Notes: generated by a model not told the origin, from the letters alone. A stretch of 61,989 bases of DNA, filler included, from Chiloscyllium plagiosum (GCF_004010195.1; 4 parts of one record of this genome joined end to end with filler, not necessarily neighbours in it), one strand, 5' to 3'; positions 47,869 through 61,599 are shown, numbered from the whole stretch's first letter. Made by a program: numbers and translations.

Positions 47869-48624
47869 GAAGTAGCAAACTTGTTTTTCACCTCTATCAC
47901 CTTTATTGTTTTGCATTACGTCAATGACTGATTTTGCATGGATAAATCTCCATTTTCTTAAATACTCATACACAGGGCCCAATGGGAAACTGATAAATAA
48001 AAGATACATGGCTAGATCTAGAGACAGAAAGGTCAATATCTATTAATATTGATACTATCTGAACAAGCTGGCAAGTTTCTCTCTTTGTACGCTAAATGGG
48101 CCAACAATTTTTTAATGGCAGTGGAGTGATGAATCTGGCATGATTGTGTTAAACATTGAAATGTTAATATTGACAACAGTGATTTCTCCTTTGGAGACAA
48201 TTTGGAGTAGTAGCTAAGGACTGCTGTTTATATTTCCATTTCTCATCACTATTCAAGCATGGATGTACACTAACCCTCGGAGTATGCACCAATTTCAGTG
48301 CTGGCAAATTATTTATGGTGTATAATTAGAATACTGAACTTTATTAAGCCAATAAAACTAAATAACCAAGCATCTGGATATCAAGATTAATCTCCATGTA
48401 CTGGCAAGGTTTTCAGTTGTGAAAGGTAGTTTTGTTGCAAAACAAGAGACTAACAAATGCTGAATTAAAACTTTGCTTTTAAGCTTCATGTTAATTGCAT
48501 TGCACAGTCCAAGGAGTAAACTGTCCTTCATCAGTCTTTTTCAATTCTAAAAACACACCATGTGTTATTTTTTCTGTCTTGGTAAAATTGTACACTTGCT
48601 TAGTGCTGGTAAATAGATGCTCTT

Positions 48625-51600
48625 CTGTAAGACCAAAAGGTGTAGGAACAGAATTAGGCCATTCAGCCCAATGAATCTGCTCCATCATTCATGGCTGTTC
48701 AGAAATCTTCAACTCCATCCTCCTGCTTCATCCAAATAAGCCTTGATTTCCTGACTGATATAAAAAAAGCGTTTTGTCTCAGCCTTGAATGTACTTAATG
48801 ATCTAGCTTCTATAGGTTTTTGCAGTAATGATTCCAATTGATGCACTACTATCTGAGAGAAGAACTTCTTCCTCATTTCTGTTGTAAATGTGCAACAACG
48901 TCTTCTGAGATTATGCTCTCTGATCCTAGACTCTCCCTTAAGGGGAAATGACCTTTCTACATCTGCTCTGTCAAATCCACTAAGAATCATGTATGGAATC
49001 ATTGAGTCATAGAGCTTGGAAACACACCCTTCCATCCAATCAGTTCATTCTGACTTTAATCCCAACTAACCTAGTTCCAGCTGCCTGTACTTGGCGCATA
49101 TCTCTCCAAACATTTCTTATTCATGTCCTTATCCGAATATCTTTCTAATGTTGTAACTGTTCCTGCATCCACCATTTATTTCCTCTTGAAATTTATTCCA
49201 CACACAAACCATCTTCTATATAAAATATAATTGCCCTTCATGTCTTTTTCAAATTCTTCTCCTCTCACCTTAAGAGTGTGCCCGCTAGCCTTGAAATCTG
49301 GCATCCTTGTGAAAAGACACCTGCCATTCACCTTATCTATACCCTTCATGATTTTATAAACCTATAGGTTGCCATCCTGAAAATGTGTACCTTATCTCAA
49401 TTCTACGTCTTCTGTTCGTCAACCAATCCTCTATCCCTGTCAACATACTACCTCTAACACCTTTGGTTCTTATCTTTTTAAGTAGTCCAATGAGTAGTGC
49501 CTTATTCATTGCCTTCCCAAAATTAAAATAAATTGCATCCACTGCTTCCACTTTGTCCTGCTGGTTACCTCCTCAAAGAATTCTAATTTGTCAGCATGAT
49601 TCCCCTGAAAAATCCATGTGACTTTATGTCTTTCTAAATGCTCTGTTATTACATACTTTACAACAAACCCAAATGCAGCACGGTGGCTCAGTGGTTAGTA
49701 TTACTGCCTCACAGCACCAGAGTCCCAGGTTCAATTCTAGCCTCGGGCAACTGTCTGTGTGGTGTTTGCACATTCTCCCCATGTCTGTGTGGATTTCCTC
49801 CCACAGTCCAAGGATGTGCAGGTCAGGTGAATTGGCCATGCTAAATTGCCCATAGTGCTAGGTGCATTAGTCAGAAGAGAAATGGGTCTGGGTGGGCTAC
49901 TCTTCAGAGGGCTGGTTGGGCTGAAGAGCCTGTTTCCACACTGTAGAGCCAATCTAATCAAATATTTTGCCAATAACAATGTTAAGCTATTGGACTAACT
50001 GTTTTTATTTTTGTCTCCTTCCATTTTTAAATAAAGGTGTTGCCGTTGGCAGATTTCAAATCCTAAGAGACTTTTCCAGAATCTAAGGATTCCTGGAAGA
50101 TTACCACCAGCACATCTGCTATCTCTATAGTTACATCCTTTAAAATCCTAGGTACATCACATCAGGTGCAGGGGTCGTTTTTAGTCTTTAGCCCAATTAG
50201 TTTTGCTAGCACCTTTCCTCTGGTGACAGTTGTACTTATTTCATCTCCTTTTTATCTTTGAATGTTTAGTAGTTTTTGAATGCAATTAGTGTCTTCTACT
50301 GTGAAAACGAATGCAAAGTATTTATTCAACTCCACTGCCATTCCTTGATTCAACATCATTATTTCCCCAGCACCATTCTCAAAGGGGTTTACATTCATTT
50401 TGGCTTCTCTCTTCCTTTTATAGAATTTAATAAGCTCTTGCTGTTCATCTTGATATCGCTTATGCGTTTAGATTAAAAGTTTATTTTCTCTCTCTTTATT
50501 TTACTTGGTCATCTTTTTTAAGACTTTATCAATCTTCTGGCTCAACACTTATCTTTGTTACATTGTATACTATTCTTAACTTCCTGTCTTAACCATATTT
50601 GATTTATCTCCTTTGTACTATTCTTCTTTCCCACTGGAATATGTTATTGTTGTGAAACATGAACAATCTTCTCGAATATTTGCTATTGCTCCTCAACTGT
50701 CTATTGCTAAGCTCCTTTCCGAGTCCACTCCAGCCACTCTCGATTCTGACCTAAATTCCTTTCTCCCAACCTGAATGCTAAATTTATCTAATGCCACTGT
50801 TTCCCAGGGAATCCTTTGTTCTGGTGTCATTTATGGAACCAGACACATTATACATGACCAGATTCAAAATACTCTGATTTCTGACTGGATTCATAACAAA
50901 TTGTTCTCAGAAATGTTCCGAATATACTTTATGAATTCTTACCATGCCTTTCTCAGCCAATCTAACTTTCTCAATCTACATGAAAATTATACTCACCCAT
51001 GATTAATGTACTTCTGTAGTTATATGACCTCATTATCTCCTGATTTATTCTTTTTCCTACCTTATAACTACTATTAAGGGGCCTATAGATAACTCCTACC
51101 AGTGTCTTTTGCCCTTTTTATTTCTTACTTTCCCCAATGTGGATTCTACACCTTCCAATTCAAGATAATTTCTTGCTATTATACTTATTCTATCTTGTAC
51201 CAACAATGCTACCCCACCACCTTTTCCTTCCCACCTATCCTTTCAAAAAGTCTCATACACCTGAATATTCAATTCCAAGTTTCGATCTCCTTGCAACCAT
51301 GTTTCCTTAACGACTATCAGATCATACCCATTAACCTGCCGTTAATTCATCTATTTTTGTTTTGAGTACGTTGTGCTTTCATGTTAAAATGATAAATGTT
51401 GCTTTTTTTAACCATTTTCCCCCTTTGACCCTATTTATCATTTTTTTTGTGTTTATATATTCTGTATCTGCCTGTCCCACTCTAGGTCTCATTATTCAAA
51501 TCTATAATACGGCCATATCCTCTTGTTTTGTAAGCTTACAATTCCCCTCTCTCAAACTCTTTCCACCACCTCCCTAATTAGTATAAAGTTCGCCCACTGG

Positions 51601-52430
51601 CCTGAGTTATCCAATTTGCCAGGACACTGGTCCAAGCATGATTTAAATAAAACCTATCCCACTAGAACAGCTCTCTTCTACCCCAGTATTGACACCAGTG
51701 ACTGAAACCCATGTCACCACATAAATCTTTGAACCATACATTTGACTTTATTTACCCAGTGGCTCTGAGTGGTAACATAAAGATTATTACTTTAGACGTT
51801 CTGCTTTTTAATTTAGTTCCACGTCTTTCAGCAAGAACTCCTTTCTAATCCTATCAATGTCATTCGTACAAATGTGAATGATGACTGCTGGATTCCCTTC
51901 CCTCCCTCTCCAAGTTCTTCCTGAGCACTTAGAAGATGTCCTGAATCCTATCACCAGGCAGGCAACACAACTTTTGATACTCCCACTCATGACTGCAAAG
52001 AACAATATTCATCCACCTAATTTTACAATCCCTGATCATTACCACGTTCTAATTTTCTTCCCACACTTGAATAGCTTCCTGAACTAACGTGCTATGTTTA
52101 GTTTGTTCAATTTCTCTGCAGTCCACATTCATAACTTCGTAACTATCGGACAATTGCAGGAGTCATGGTTCCACAATTTTATTCCCCAGGTCCTTGTGTC
52201 TGCCTCACTTGCAGTCATGCCATTCTGTCCCTCATCACAGACCTAAAGGGTGTGACCACCCACTGGAGCAAAATGTCCAGATAATTTTCTCCTTCCCTGA
52301 ATTGGCTCAATGTTAGCAGCTTGGATTCTAGCTCTTGAGTTCTAGTTTGAAGTTCCTTGAGCTACAAACACTTATGACACGTGTTTGCTCTGGACCACAT
52401 TGGTGTCCAGTAGCTTCCACACACAACCTG
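48625..52430 (-). mobile_element. Long old CR1 LINE relic (ORF1 esterase to 3' tail) with nested inserts
   Basis: ORF1 SGNH-like VIIHICTNDI (51808-52005); RT AVDAIYFNFGKA; tail GESRIREHNLR..FFSQIVV. Nested younger CR1 tail at about 49000-49355. Confidence 0.75.
49675..49958 (+). mobile_element. HE1-like SINE
   Basis: A/B boxes, core, AATCTAATC tail. Confidence 0.88.
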
Positions 52431-52499
52431 TCCTGCCATCAGTATCTAATATTTGAGGAGTTATTTTTAAGAAAAGGAAAAAGAAAAAGCACAGGAGAC

Positions 52500-53228
52500 C
52501 ATAAGATGCCATGTGCACTTTGGAAGAAGGGACAGACAAGGCAATACTCAATGAATGTCAAAATATTATGAAGCTCAGAGGACCAGAGAAATCTTGGGAT
52601 GCTTATCCACCAATCCCTGAATGTGTTAGAACAGGTTAATAGGGTAATTAACCTGTCCTCTTAGTATACCTGCAGGAAGGTGTACCAACACTTGCCTTTA
52701 TCAGTTGTGGGATTGCTTGTAACAGCAGGGAGATCATGTTGGAGCTACAAAGAGCTTTTGTTGGGCTAGAGTTGGAATATTGTCTGAAGTTCTGGTCAAC
52801 AGACTATAGGATGGATATGATTGCATTGGAGAGGGTGCAGAAGAGATTCACCAGGATGTTACTGGGATTGAGAATTTTCACAATGAAGAGAGGCTGGATT
52901 AGCTAGGACAGTTTTTCTTTGGAGCAGAGAAGGTTGATGGGGGACCTGCGAGAGATGTATTAGATTATGAGGGGTATGGACATGATGAATAGAAAACAGC
53001 TTTTTCCCTTAGTCCAATGAACATTTGAGGAAAAACTTTTGCAACTAGAGTGGGGATTTGGAATGCACTCCTCAGAGGGTAGTAGTGGCAGGAAACCTCA
53101 CAGTCTTTAAGAAGTAGGCTATGGGCCTAGTGCAGGAAATTGGGGCTAGTGTCAGTAGTAGTATATTTTGGTGGCACAGACTTGATGGGCCGAAGGGTCA
53201 CTTCTGTACACTATGATTCTATGACTCT
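52500..53228 (+). mobile_element. CR1 3' fragment
   Basis: LEYCLKFWS..LERVQKRFTRML..; tail CTATGATTCTATGACTC. Confidence 0.8.
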
Positions 53229-53964
53229 TACATTTCAGCACTAGATGCACTTGTTTTTGGCAAATAGATTTTGGCACTGAATTTCTGGACGCTTACGCCA
53301 TTTTGGGTTAAAAAATCTTGTAAAAACGCACATCTAGAGCAGCATGTTATCACGCACTATCAACGTGTTAGGTTCTTCAATATATTTGACAGGTTTGCCA
53401 ATCACCTGCGCAAACCCATTGTGATCTGTTTATAAAGGAGCACTCTCTGGTGCCTTCTGTGTGTGCCTAGGGTTTTATCCCACTATTGCATATTGAAGAG
53501 TTTTGACACACATTAAGCAAGCGCAGCTTCTCCTCCAGGCAGTGGTTTCAAACTAATTGAAATGTTTGAGAGCATTAAGGAAACTTTCCTTTCCTTTGTG
53601 AGGAACTGCACCTTGACAGATTGGAAAGGCTCATATATTCTACAACCCTGTGAAGGTGATAGCAGGAATAAAACTCTTGATAGACCCCACCAAGCCACAC
53701 CAAACCTATGTACCTGACTTCGAACTAAAGGCTGTTCTTTATCTTCCCGGTAAGGGTTTTGTAAGTATTGATCTCTGCTGACTAAAATACTTTATTCTTA
53801 TGGAAACAATTCAGATATTTAACAACAGTACAATTGGTAGTGGAGCTGGTCAGTTTGATTAGGTTCAATGAGAAAATTTGACAGATGAAATATGATCATA
53901 TTTAACTTAACTGTAAGAAGCAGAGAAGATGATTTATTCAGTCTAAACATATATGGGTTATAGT

Positions 53965-55497
53965 CAGAGAGTCATAGAATGGAAATAGACCTTTTGGTCC
54001 AACTTAGCCACGTGGACAAGATTTCCTCAACTGATGTAGTCCCATCTGCCAGCATTTGGCCCATATCCCTCTAAACTCTTCCTATTCATATACTAATACA
54101 GATGCTTTTTAAATGTTGGAATTGTACCCACCTCCACCACTTCCTCTCGCAGTTCATTCCACACACGCACCACCCTCTACGTGAACACGTTGCCTCAAGA
54201 CGCTTTTACATCTTTCTCCTCTCAGATAAAACCTATGCCCTTCAGATCTGGACTCCCCTACCCTGCAGGAAGAACCTTGGCTATTCACTCTATCCATGTC
54301 CCTCATGCTTTTTATAAGCCTCTTTCAGTTATCCTTCAGCATCTGATGCTTCAGCGAAAATAGCCCTAGCCTATTCAGCCTCTTCCTATAGCTCAAAGTC
54401 TTCAACCCCAGCAACATCCTTGTAAATCTTTTCCTGAACGCTTTCAAGTTTCACAACATCCTTCCGATAGGAGGGAGTTCAGAACTGAATGCAATATTCT
54501 AAAAATGGCCTCACAATGTCCTGTACGGCTGTAACATGACATCTCAACTCCTATACGCAATGTTCTGACTAATGAAGGCAAGTATGCTAAATGCCTTCTT
54601 CATCACCCAATCTACCTGCAACTCTACTTTTAAGGAATTATACACCTGCACCCATAGGTGTCTTTGATTGGCAACATTCCTCAGGCCCCTACCATTACAA
54701 TATAAATCTTATCCTGGTGTGCCTTATCAAAATGCAACGTCTCACATTTATTTTGTGACACTCTACCTGTCAATCCTCAGCCGATTGACCCGTATGATCA
54801 AGGTTCCGATATACTCTGACATAATCTTCTTCACAGTCCAGTCAGTACACCACCTATTTTGGTGTCATCAGCAAACTTACTCACCATGTCTCATATATTC
54901 GCATCCAAGTTATTTATTGTATTATAGACCCCCTAATAGTCAGACAGAAATTGAGAAACAAATTTGTAAGGAGATCTCAGCTACCTGTAAAAATAATAGT
55001 GTGGTTATGGTAGGGGATTTTAACTTTCCAAACATAGACTGGGACTGCCATAGTGTTAAGGGTTCAGATGGAGAGGAATTTCTTAAGTATGTACAAGACA
55101 ATTTTCTGATTCAGTATGTGGATGTACCTACCAGAGAAGGTGCAAAACTTGACCTACTCTTGGGAAATAAGGCAGGGCAGATGACTGAGGTGTCAGTGGG
55201 GGAGCGACCATAATTCTATTTGTTTTAAAATAGTGATGGAAAAGGATAGAACAGATCTAAAAGTTGAAGTTCTAAATTGGAGAAAGGCCAATTTTGATAA
55301 TATTAGGCAAGAACTTTCAAAAGCTGATTGGGGGCAGATGTTCGCAGGTAAAGGGACGCTGGAAAATGGGAAGTCTTCAGAAATGAGATAATGAGAATCC
55401 AGAGAAAGTATATTCCTGTTAGGGTGAAAGGAAAGGCAGGTAGGTATAGGGAATGCTGGATGATTAAAGAAATTGAGGGTTTGGTTAAGAAAAAGAA
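53965..55497. mobile_element. CR1/HER1-like LINE with apparent 5' inversion
   Basis: Minus RT-to-tail 53965-54912 directly abuts plus endonuclease YYRPPNSQ..VVMVGDFNFPNIDWD..PTREGAKLDLLLGN. Confidence 0.8.
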
Positions 55498-55597
55498 NNN
55501 NNNNNNNNNNNNNNNNNNNNNNNNNNNNNNNNNNNNNNNNNTTAATTAATTAANNNNNNNNNNNNNNNNNNNNNNNNNNNNNNNNNNNNNNNNNNNN
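55498..55597. other. Scaffold gap with artificial linker
   Basis: 44 N + TTAATTAATTAA + 44 N. Confidence 0.97.
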
Positions 55598-56362
55598 CCC
55601 CCTCGAACTGCCTTTCTGCAGCCATTATACCATTTCTAATTAGCAACGCCACACCCCCTCCTTTTTTACCACCCTCCCTAATCCTACTGAAACATCTGTA
55701 ACCAGGAACCTCCAACAACCATTCCTGTCCCTCTTCTATCCACGTTTCCATGATGGCCACAACATCATAGTCCCAAGTAGCAATTCACGCCTTAAGTTCA
55801 CCCACCTTATTTCTGATACTCCTTGTGTTGAAGTATACGCACTTGAGCCCATCTCTGTGTCCGCAAGTGTTCCCTGTCAGTGCTACCTTCTCCACAGCCT
55901 CCCTACATTCTTGGACATCCTGAGAAACAGCTGACCTACTTGCTGGACGACAAGTCCGGATCCCACCCCCTGCCAAATTAGTTTAAACCCCCCACCCCCA
56001 AAGAGTGCTAGCAAACCTACCTCCCAGGATATTGGTGCCCTTCTGGTTCAGGTGCAACCCGTCCTGCTTATACAGGTCCCACCTTCCCCAGAATGCAGTC
56101 CAATTGTCCAAATACCTAAAGCCCTCCCTCCTACACCATCCTTGCAGCCACGTGTTCAACTGCACTCTCTCCCTATTCCTTGCCTCACTGTCATGTGGCA
56201 CCAGCAACGACTCTGTCCTAGCTTTTAGCTTCCAGCCTAACTCCCTGAGCTCCTGAATGACCTCCCCACCCCTCTTCCTACCTATGTTGTTGGTGCCAAT
56301 GTGCACCACGACTTCTGGCTGCACACCCTCCCCCTTAAGGATTTTGAAGACACAATCCGTGA
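55598..56362 (-). mobile_element. CR1 ORF1 esterase + ORF2 start
   Basis: VVVHIGTNNIG..LNTWLQGWCRREGFRYLDNW..DGLHLNQKG; LKCVYFNTRSIRNK; METWIEEG..GGGVALL. Confidence 0.9.
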
Positions 56363-56449
56363 TGTCTGAGAGCGGTGCTGGAAAAGCACAGCAGGTCAGG
56401 CAGCATCCGAGGAGCAGGAAAATCGACATTTTGGGCAAAAGCCCATCAG

Positions 56450-58205
56450 GGTTAAGGAAAATTCCAAAGCTTTTTATTTGTATGTAAGGATCAAGAGGGT
56501 AACTAGAGAATGGGTTGGCCACTCAAGGACAAAGGAGAAAAGTTATACATGGAGTCAGAGAAAATGGGTAAGATCTTCATGAGTACTTTGCATTGGGTAT
56601 TCACACCGAGGAGAGGGACAAGATGGATGTTGAGGTTAGGGATGGATGTTTCAGTACTCCAGGACAAGTCGGCACAATGAGGGAGGAAGCTTTGGATTTT
56701 CTAAAAGGCATTAAGGTGGATAAGTCCCCATGTCCAGATGGGGTCTATCCCAGGTTACAGAGGGAAGTGAGAGAGGAAATAACTGGGGCCTTAACAAATA
56801 TTTTTGCAGCATCCTTGAACATGGGGGAGGTCCCAGAGGACTAGAGAATTGATAATACTGTCTCCTGTTTAAGAAAGGTAGCAGGAATGAATCTGGTAAT
56901 TTTAGACAGTGAGCCTGATGTAAGTTGTAGGGAAGCTGCTGGAGAAGATACTGAGGGATAGGATTTGTTTACATTTGGAAGAAAATTGGCTTATCGGTGT
57001 TAGGCAGTATGGTTTTGTGCGGGGAATTGACAAACTTGATTGATGAGGGAAGGTCTGTAGATGTCATATATATGGACTTCAGTAAGGCACTTGATAAGGT
57101 TCCCCATGCTAGATTGATGGAGAAAGTGAAGTTGCATGGGGTCCAGGGTGTACTACCTCGATGGGCAGAGAACTGGCTGGGCATCAGGAGATAGAATGGT
57201 AGTGGAAGGGAGTTTCTCAAAATGGAGAACTGTATCCAGTGGTGTTCCACGGGGATCCGTGTTTGGACCACTGTTGTTTGTGATATACATAAATGATCTG
57301 GAGGAAGGTATAGATGGTCTGATGAGCAAGTTTGCAGATGACACTAAGATTGGTGGAGTAGTAGATGAAGGAGCCTATTAGACATTCAGCAGAATATAGA
57401 TAGAATGGAGAGTTGGGTGGAGAAATGGCAGATGGAGTTCAACCTGGGCAAAAGCGAGGCAATGATCCAATTCTAGAACAAACTATATAGTGAATGGAAA
57501 AGCCCTGGGGAAAATTGATGTACAGAGATCTGGGTGTTCAGGTCCATTGTATCCTGAAGGTGGCAACACAGGCCGATAGAGAAGTCAAGAAGGCATGCTT
57601 TCCCTCATCGGATGAGGTATTGAGTGCAAGAGTTGGCAGATCATGTTACAGTTCTATTGGACTTTGGTTCGGCCACATTTGGAATACTGTGTACAGTTCT
57701 GGTCTCCACATTACCAAAAGGATGTGCATTCTTTGGAGAGGGTGCAGAGGAGGTTCACCAGGATGTTGCCTGGTATGCAGGGTCCTAGCTATAAACAGAG
57801 TTTGAATACATTAGAATTATTTTCATTAGAAAGACAGAGGTTGGGGGGGACCTGAAATAGATCTACAAAATTAGGAGAGGTGTCGACAGGGTGGATTGCA
57901 AGAAGCTTTTTCCCCTCAGTGGGGGGGCTAAATTACAAGGGGTCACGAGTTCAAGGCGAGAGGGAAAAGGTTTAAGCGAGATATGCGTGGAAGGTTCGTT
58001 ACGGGGAGAGTGGTGGGTGCCTGGAAAGCGTTGCCAGCGGAGGTGGTAGAGGTGGACACGATAGCGTCATTTTAGGATGTATCTGGATAGGTACATGAAT
58101 GGGCAGGGAGCAGAAGGATATAGGCGACAGATTTAGATAAAGGATTTGGATCGGCACGGGCTTGGAGGACTGAAGGGCCTGATTCTGTGCTGTAATGTTC
58201 TTTGG
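56450..58205 (+). mobile_element. CR1 ORF2 RT to 3' tail (frameshifted), preceded by a PLE-terminus scrap at about 56363-56449
   Basis: VDKSPCPDGVYPRL; VDVIYMDFSKALDKVPH; GVPRGSVFGPLLFVIYINDL..KFADDTKIGG; RPHLEYCVQFWSP. Confidence 0.9.
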
Positions 58206-58315
58206 ATCCATTGGTTGTAAATTGATGCCTTTTTTCATTCTTGTGAATTTGAGATATCACTGAAATTTGGCATTAATAGACAACATTTTTTTACATTTTT
58301 TAATCAGTTTTCAAT

Positions 58316-58459
58316 TTTCGGGCACAGGCCCTTCCTGAAGAAGGGCCTGTGCCCGAAACGTCGAATCTCCTGTTCCCTGGATACTGCCTGACCTGCTGTG
58401 CTGTTCCAGCAATAAAGTTTCAACTTTGATCTCCAGCATCTGCTGACCTCACTTTCTCC
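58316..58459 (+). mobile_element. PLE terminus with intact HHR (58332-58365) preceded by an inverted stem-II copy
   Basis: TTC-CTGAAGA-A-GGGC-CTGT-GCCC-GAAA-CG-TC-GAA. 58316-58334 is the reverse complement of 58340-58358. Confidence 0.85.
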
Positions 58460-58681
58460 ATGTGCATGAGAAAAATCTCAAATCAACAACTACCACAGCA
58501 TGTCTTGGTATGAATCTAAAAGCTGACACGCTGTGCCCTTCTCACCATCAGCTAAGCTGTTTCTTGATATTTGTTAGAAAATTCAGGTGATGAAGCATTC
58601 TGCCAAATGATTGACGGTTTGCTCAGGGAGTTTTAAGCCTTCGCCTTCATGAATGTTTTTAGGTGTTCAGAATATATGGAG

Positions 58682-59275
58682 TCCCATTTTCCAGCATTTA
58701 ACTCATATCCCTCTAAACCCTTCCTATTTATCTACAAATCCAGATGTCTTTTAGATGATGTAATCGTATCTGCCTCCATCATTTCCTCTGACTAGCATCC
58801 ATATCTTTGCATGAAAAAGTTGTCAGGGTTGGAGGATTTGAACTATAGGGAGAGGCTGAACAGGCTGGGGCTGTTTCCCTGGAGCGTCGGAGGCTCTGAG
58901 GGGTGACCTTATAGAGATTTACAAAATTATGAGGGGCATGGATAGGGAAATAGGCAAGTCTATAGGAAATAGGGGAGTCCAGAACTAGAGGGCATAAGTT
59001 TAGGGTGAGTGGGGAAAGATATAAAAGAGACCTAGGGGGCAACCTTTTCACACAGAGGGTGGTGCGTGTATGGAATGAGCTGCCAGAGGAAGTGGTGGAG
59101 GCTAGTGCGATTGCAACATTTAAGAGGCATTTGGATGGGTATATGAATAGGAAAGGTTTGGAGGATTACGGGCCGGGTGCTGGCAGGTGGGACTAGATTG
59201 GGTTGGGATATCTGGTTGGCATGGACGGGTTGGACCCAAAGGTCTGTTTCTATGCTGTACATCTCTATGATTCTA
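58682..59275. mobile_element. CR1 tails: older minus (about 58682-58820) and younger plus (about 58820-59275)
   Basis: GERYKRDLGGNLFTQRVVRVWNELPEEVVEA..; minus-strand tail motifs upstream. Confidence 0.85.
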
Positions 59276-59544
59276 TCTGCAGACAGGCTGTGCCAAGGTT
59301 AGCTTACAACCAGATTGGTCAGCTCACAAAGTATCTCTAATTGCTGATTTATTTCTCAAGCTCAGTCATTTAAGGAGCTACAATCTGGTAACTTGGCCAA
59401 CACTCAGTAAATTGATTTGGAGAATGATGAGTATTTTTAAAATGTGAGCATATCATTAAACCATGTTGAGGACCACCTGATACAGTGAGGAAATGACTTG
59501 AAGTCAGTATATAAATTGCTTGATAATTTGGAAGCAGAGAATCA

Positions 59545-60150
59545 TTGGATTCCTACTGTGCAAGTGAAGGATATTCGGCCCGCCAAATCTGTGCCAACGC
59601 TCTGAAAACTGCTATGTCCTCCCTCTTCTCACCCTACCCTGTAGCCCCACACATATCATGGCTAACCCATCTGACCTGCATATCCATGAACGCTACAGGG
59701 CAATTTTGCATGGAAGTTGCCAGGACTGGAGGGTTTGAGTTATAAACATAGGCCGGGACATTTTCAATGGAGTGTAGGAGTTTGAGGGGTGTCCTTATGC
59801 GGGTTTATAAAATCATGAGGGGCACAGATAAGGTGAATAGAAATGGTCTTTTCCCTCGATAGGGGAGTTCAAAATTAGAAAGCATAATTTTAAAGTGAAA
59901 GGATAAAGATTTAAAGGGGATCTGAGGTGCAACTTTTTCACACAAAGGGTGGTTCGTATGTACAATGAACTGCCAGAGAAAGTGGTAGATGCAGGTACAG
60001 TTACCACATTTAAAAGACATTTGGACAGTACATGAATAGGAAAGATTTCGAGGGAAAAGGGCTAAATGCTGACAAATGAGACGAGTTTAATTTGGGAAAC
60101 CTGGTCGGCATGGACAAGTTGGACTAATGAATCTGATTCCATGTCGTACG
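59545..60150. mobile_element. HE1-like fragment (-, about 59545-59712) plus CR1 3' end (+, about 59712-60150)
   Basis: SINE tail reverse complement; VYKIMRG..FKGDLRCNFFTQRVVRMYNELPE. Confidence 0.7.
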
Positions 60151-61599
60151 ACCTTATCTGATCCTTTGATTGTGGAATTGCTTAAGTCTATTACTCGCTG
60201 TTTACAGTTTGACCCACAAGTAGTCCTACGCTGTGGCTTTACTAGGTTGACATCTCATTTTTAGGTAAGTCGAGTGCTGGTCCTGGCATGCCTCCTGTAC
60301 TCTTCACTGAACCAGAGTTGATGGTAGAGTGGGGGAATATGCTGGGCCTTGAGGTTACAGATGGCCTCAGAGTCCGATTCTGCTGCTGCTGATTGCCCAC
60401 AGAGCCTCATGGATCCCCCAGTCCAAGTAGGACATTCAGGACTGTACCTTAAACCACCGCAGTCCATGTAGTGCTGTAAAGTAAGGAGTTCCAGGATTTT
60501 GACCCAGAGACCATAAAGGAAGGATAATGGTCAGGATAATTCCAGAACTTTTATTTCCACTGCCTACACAGGAGTTGGTTCTGTCAGCTGATCAATTTTC
60601 CTGTGAAGAAGAATCTGTCAGCTTTTTGCGAGTTTGTCCATGTCATACTGAATGGCTTAAGCAATCATTGCAGAAACTGCATCTTGTGGCTTTAAATACA
60701 CCAGCAGTAATGTCCTGTTCAAATGCATGGTGGCAGCAAATGTCTGAAAATGTTGCCTTTGGAAATATTACGCTAATTGTGCAATAAGCCATTTTTATGT
60801 AGAACCAAAACATCTGCTGAGCATTCAACTGTTAAATTTAGTCACTGAGCACATAGGTGTACATCCTTGCATCAGAACTGATTTTTTAAAATGATCCATG
60901 TAACACACGATACACATGGTAGCTGCAGCGTTAACTGCACATGCTTCAATTTTATGCTTATGTTGCCTTCTCAAATATACAGGAGCTCTGGGTCAATGTG
61001 TCCTCATTGTGATCTTGCCGATCTGATGTTCTATTTGTAGCTGCCTGGGAACATAAAACCTCTTTAAGCTTCACTCTGTGTAAAGAGTTCTCAGACCATC
61101 TTTATGTAATGTTCCACACTAAGCACGCAGGCGATCTAATAAAGCACAGAATAAAGAATTGGACAGAATCTTAATAACTTTAGTGTGCAGTAATGTACCC
61201 AATTGTGTGCCAGTTAGCTCAGTTGGCTGGATACCGACAATTCCTGTATTGGCTGAGGTCACTGTGAATGCTCTGCCTTCTCAACCTTCCTACTCATTTG
61301 TGATCTTCAGGTTAAACTCATCACCATTGTGTATGTCTCTCTCTCTCTCTCTGAAACATTATCATCATCATTCCTGCCATCAACATCCACAAGATCAGGG
61401 ACAATAAAGCTCCCTCAACTATCCCTGAATCTTGTTGCATATCATCCCGATAAAACCAATCTTTTCCTGTGTCTATGTCATTAAACATTACCATAGGACA
61501 AAATATGTTGCTAATGGAGTATATGCCATATTTTGCAAGATTCTTCTGTTACGTTGACCTGTGCGTTTGTCAAAAACCACATTAAATTTTTGATATTTG

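Noticed and set aside
60527..60828. Overlapping 86-aa (+) and 61-aa (-) ORFs
   Set aside because: No recognisable domain and no consistent splice signals.
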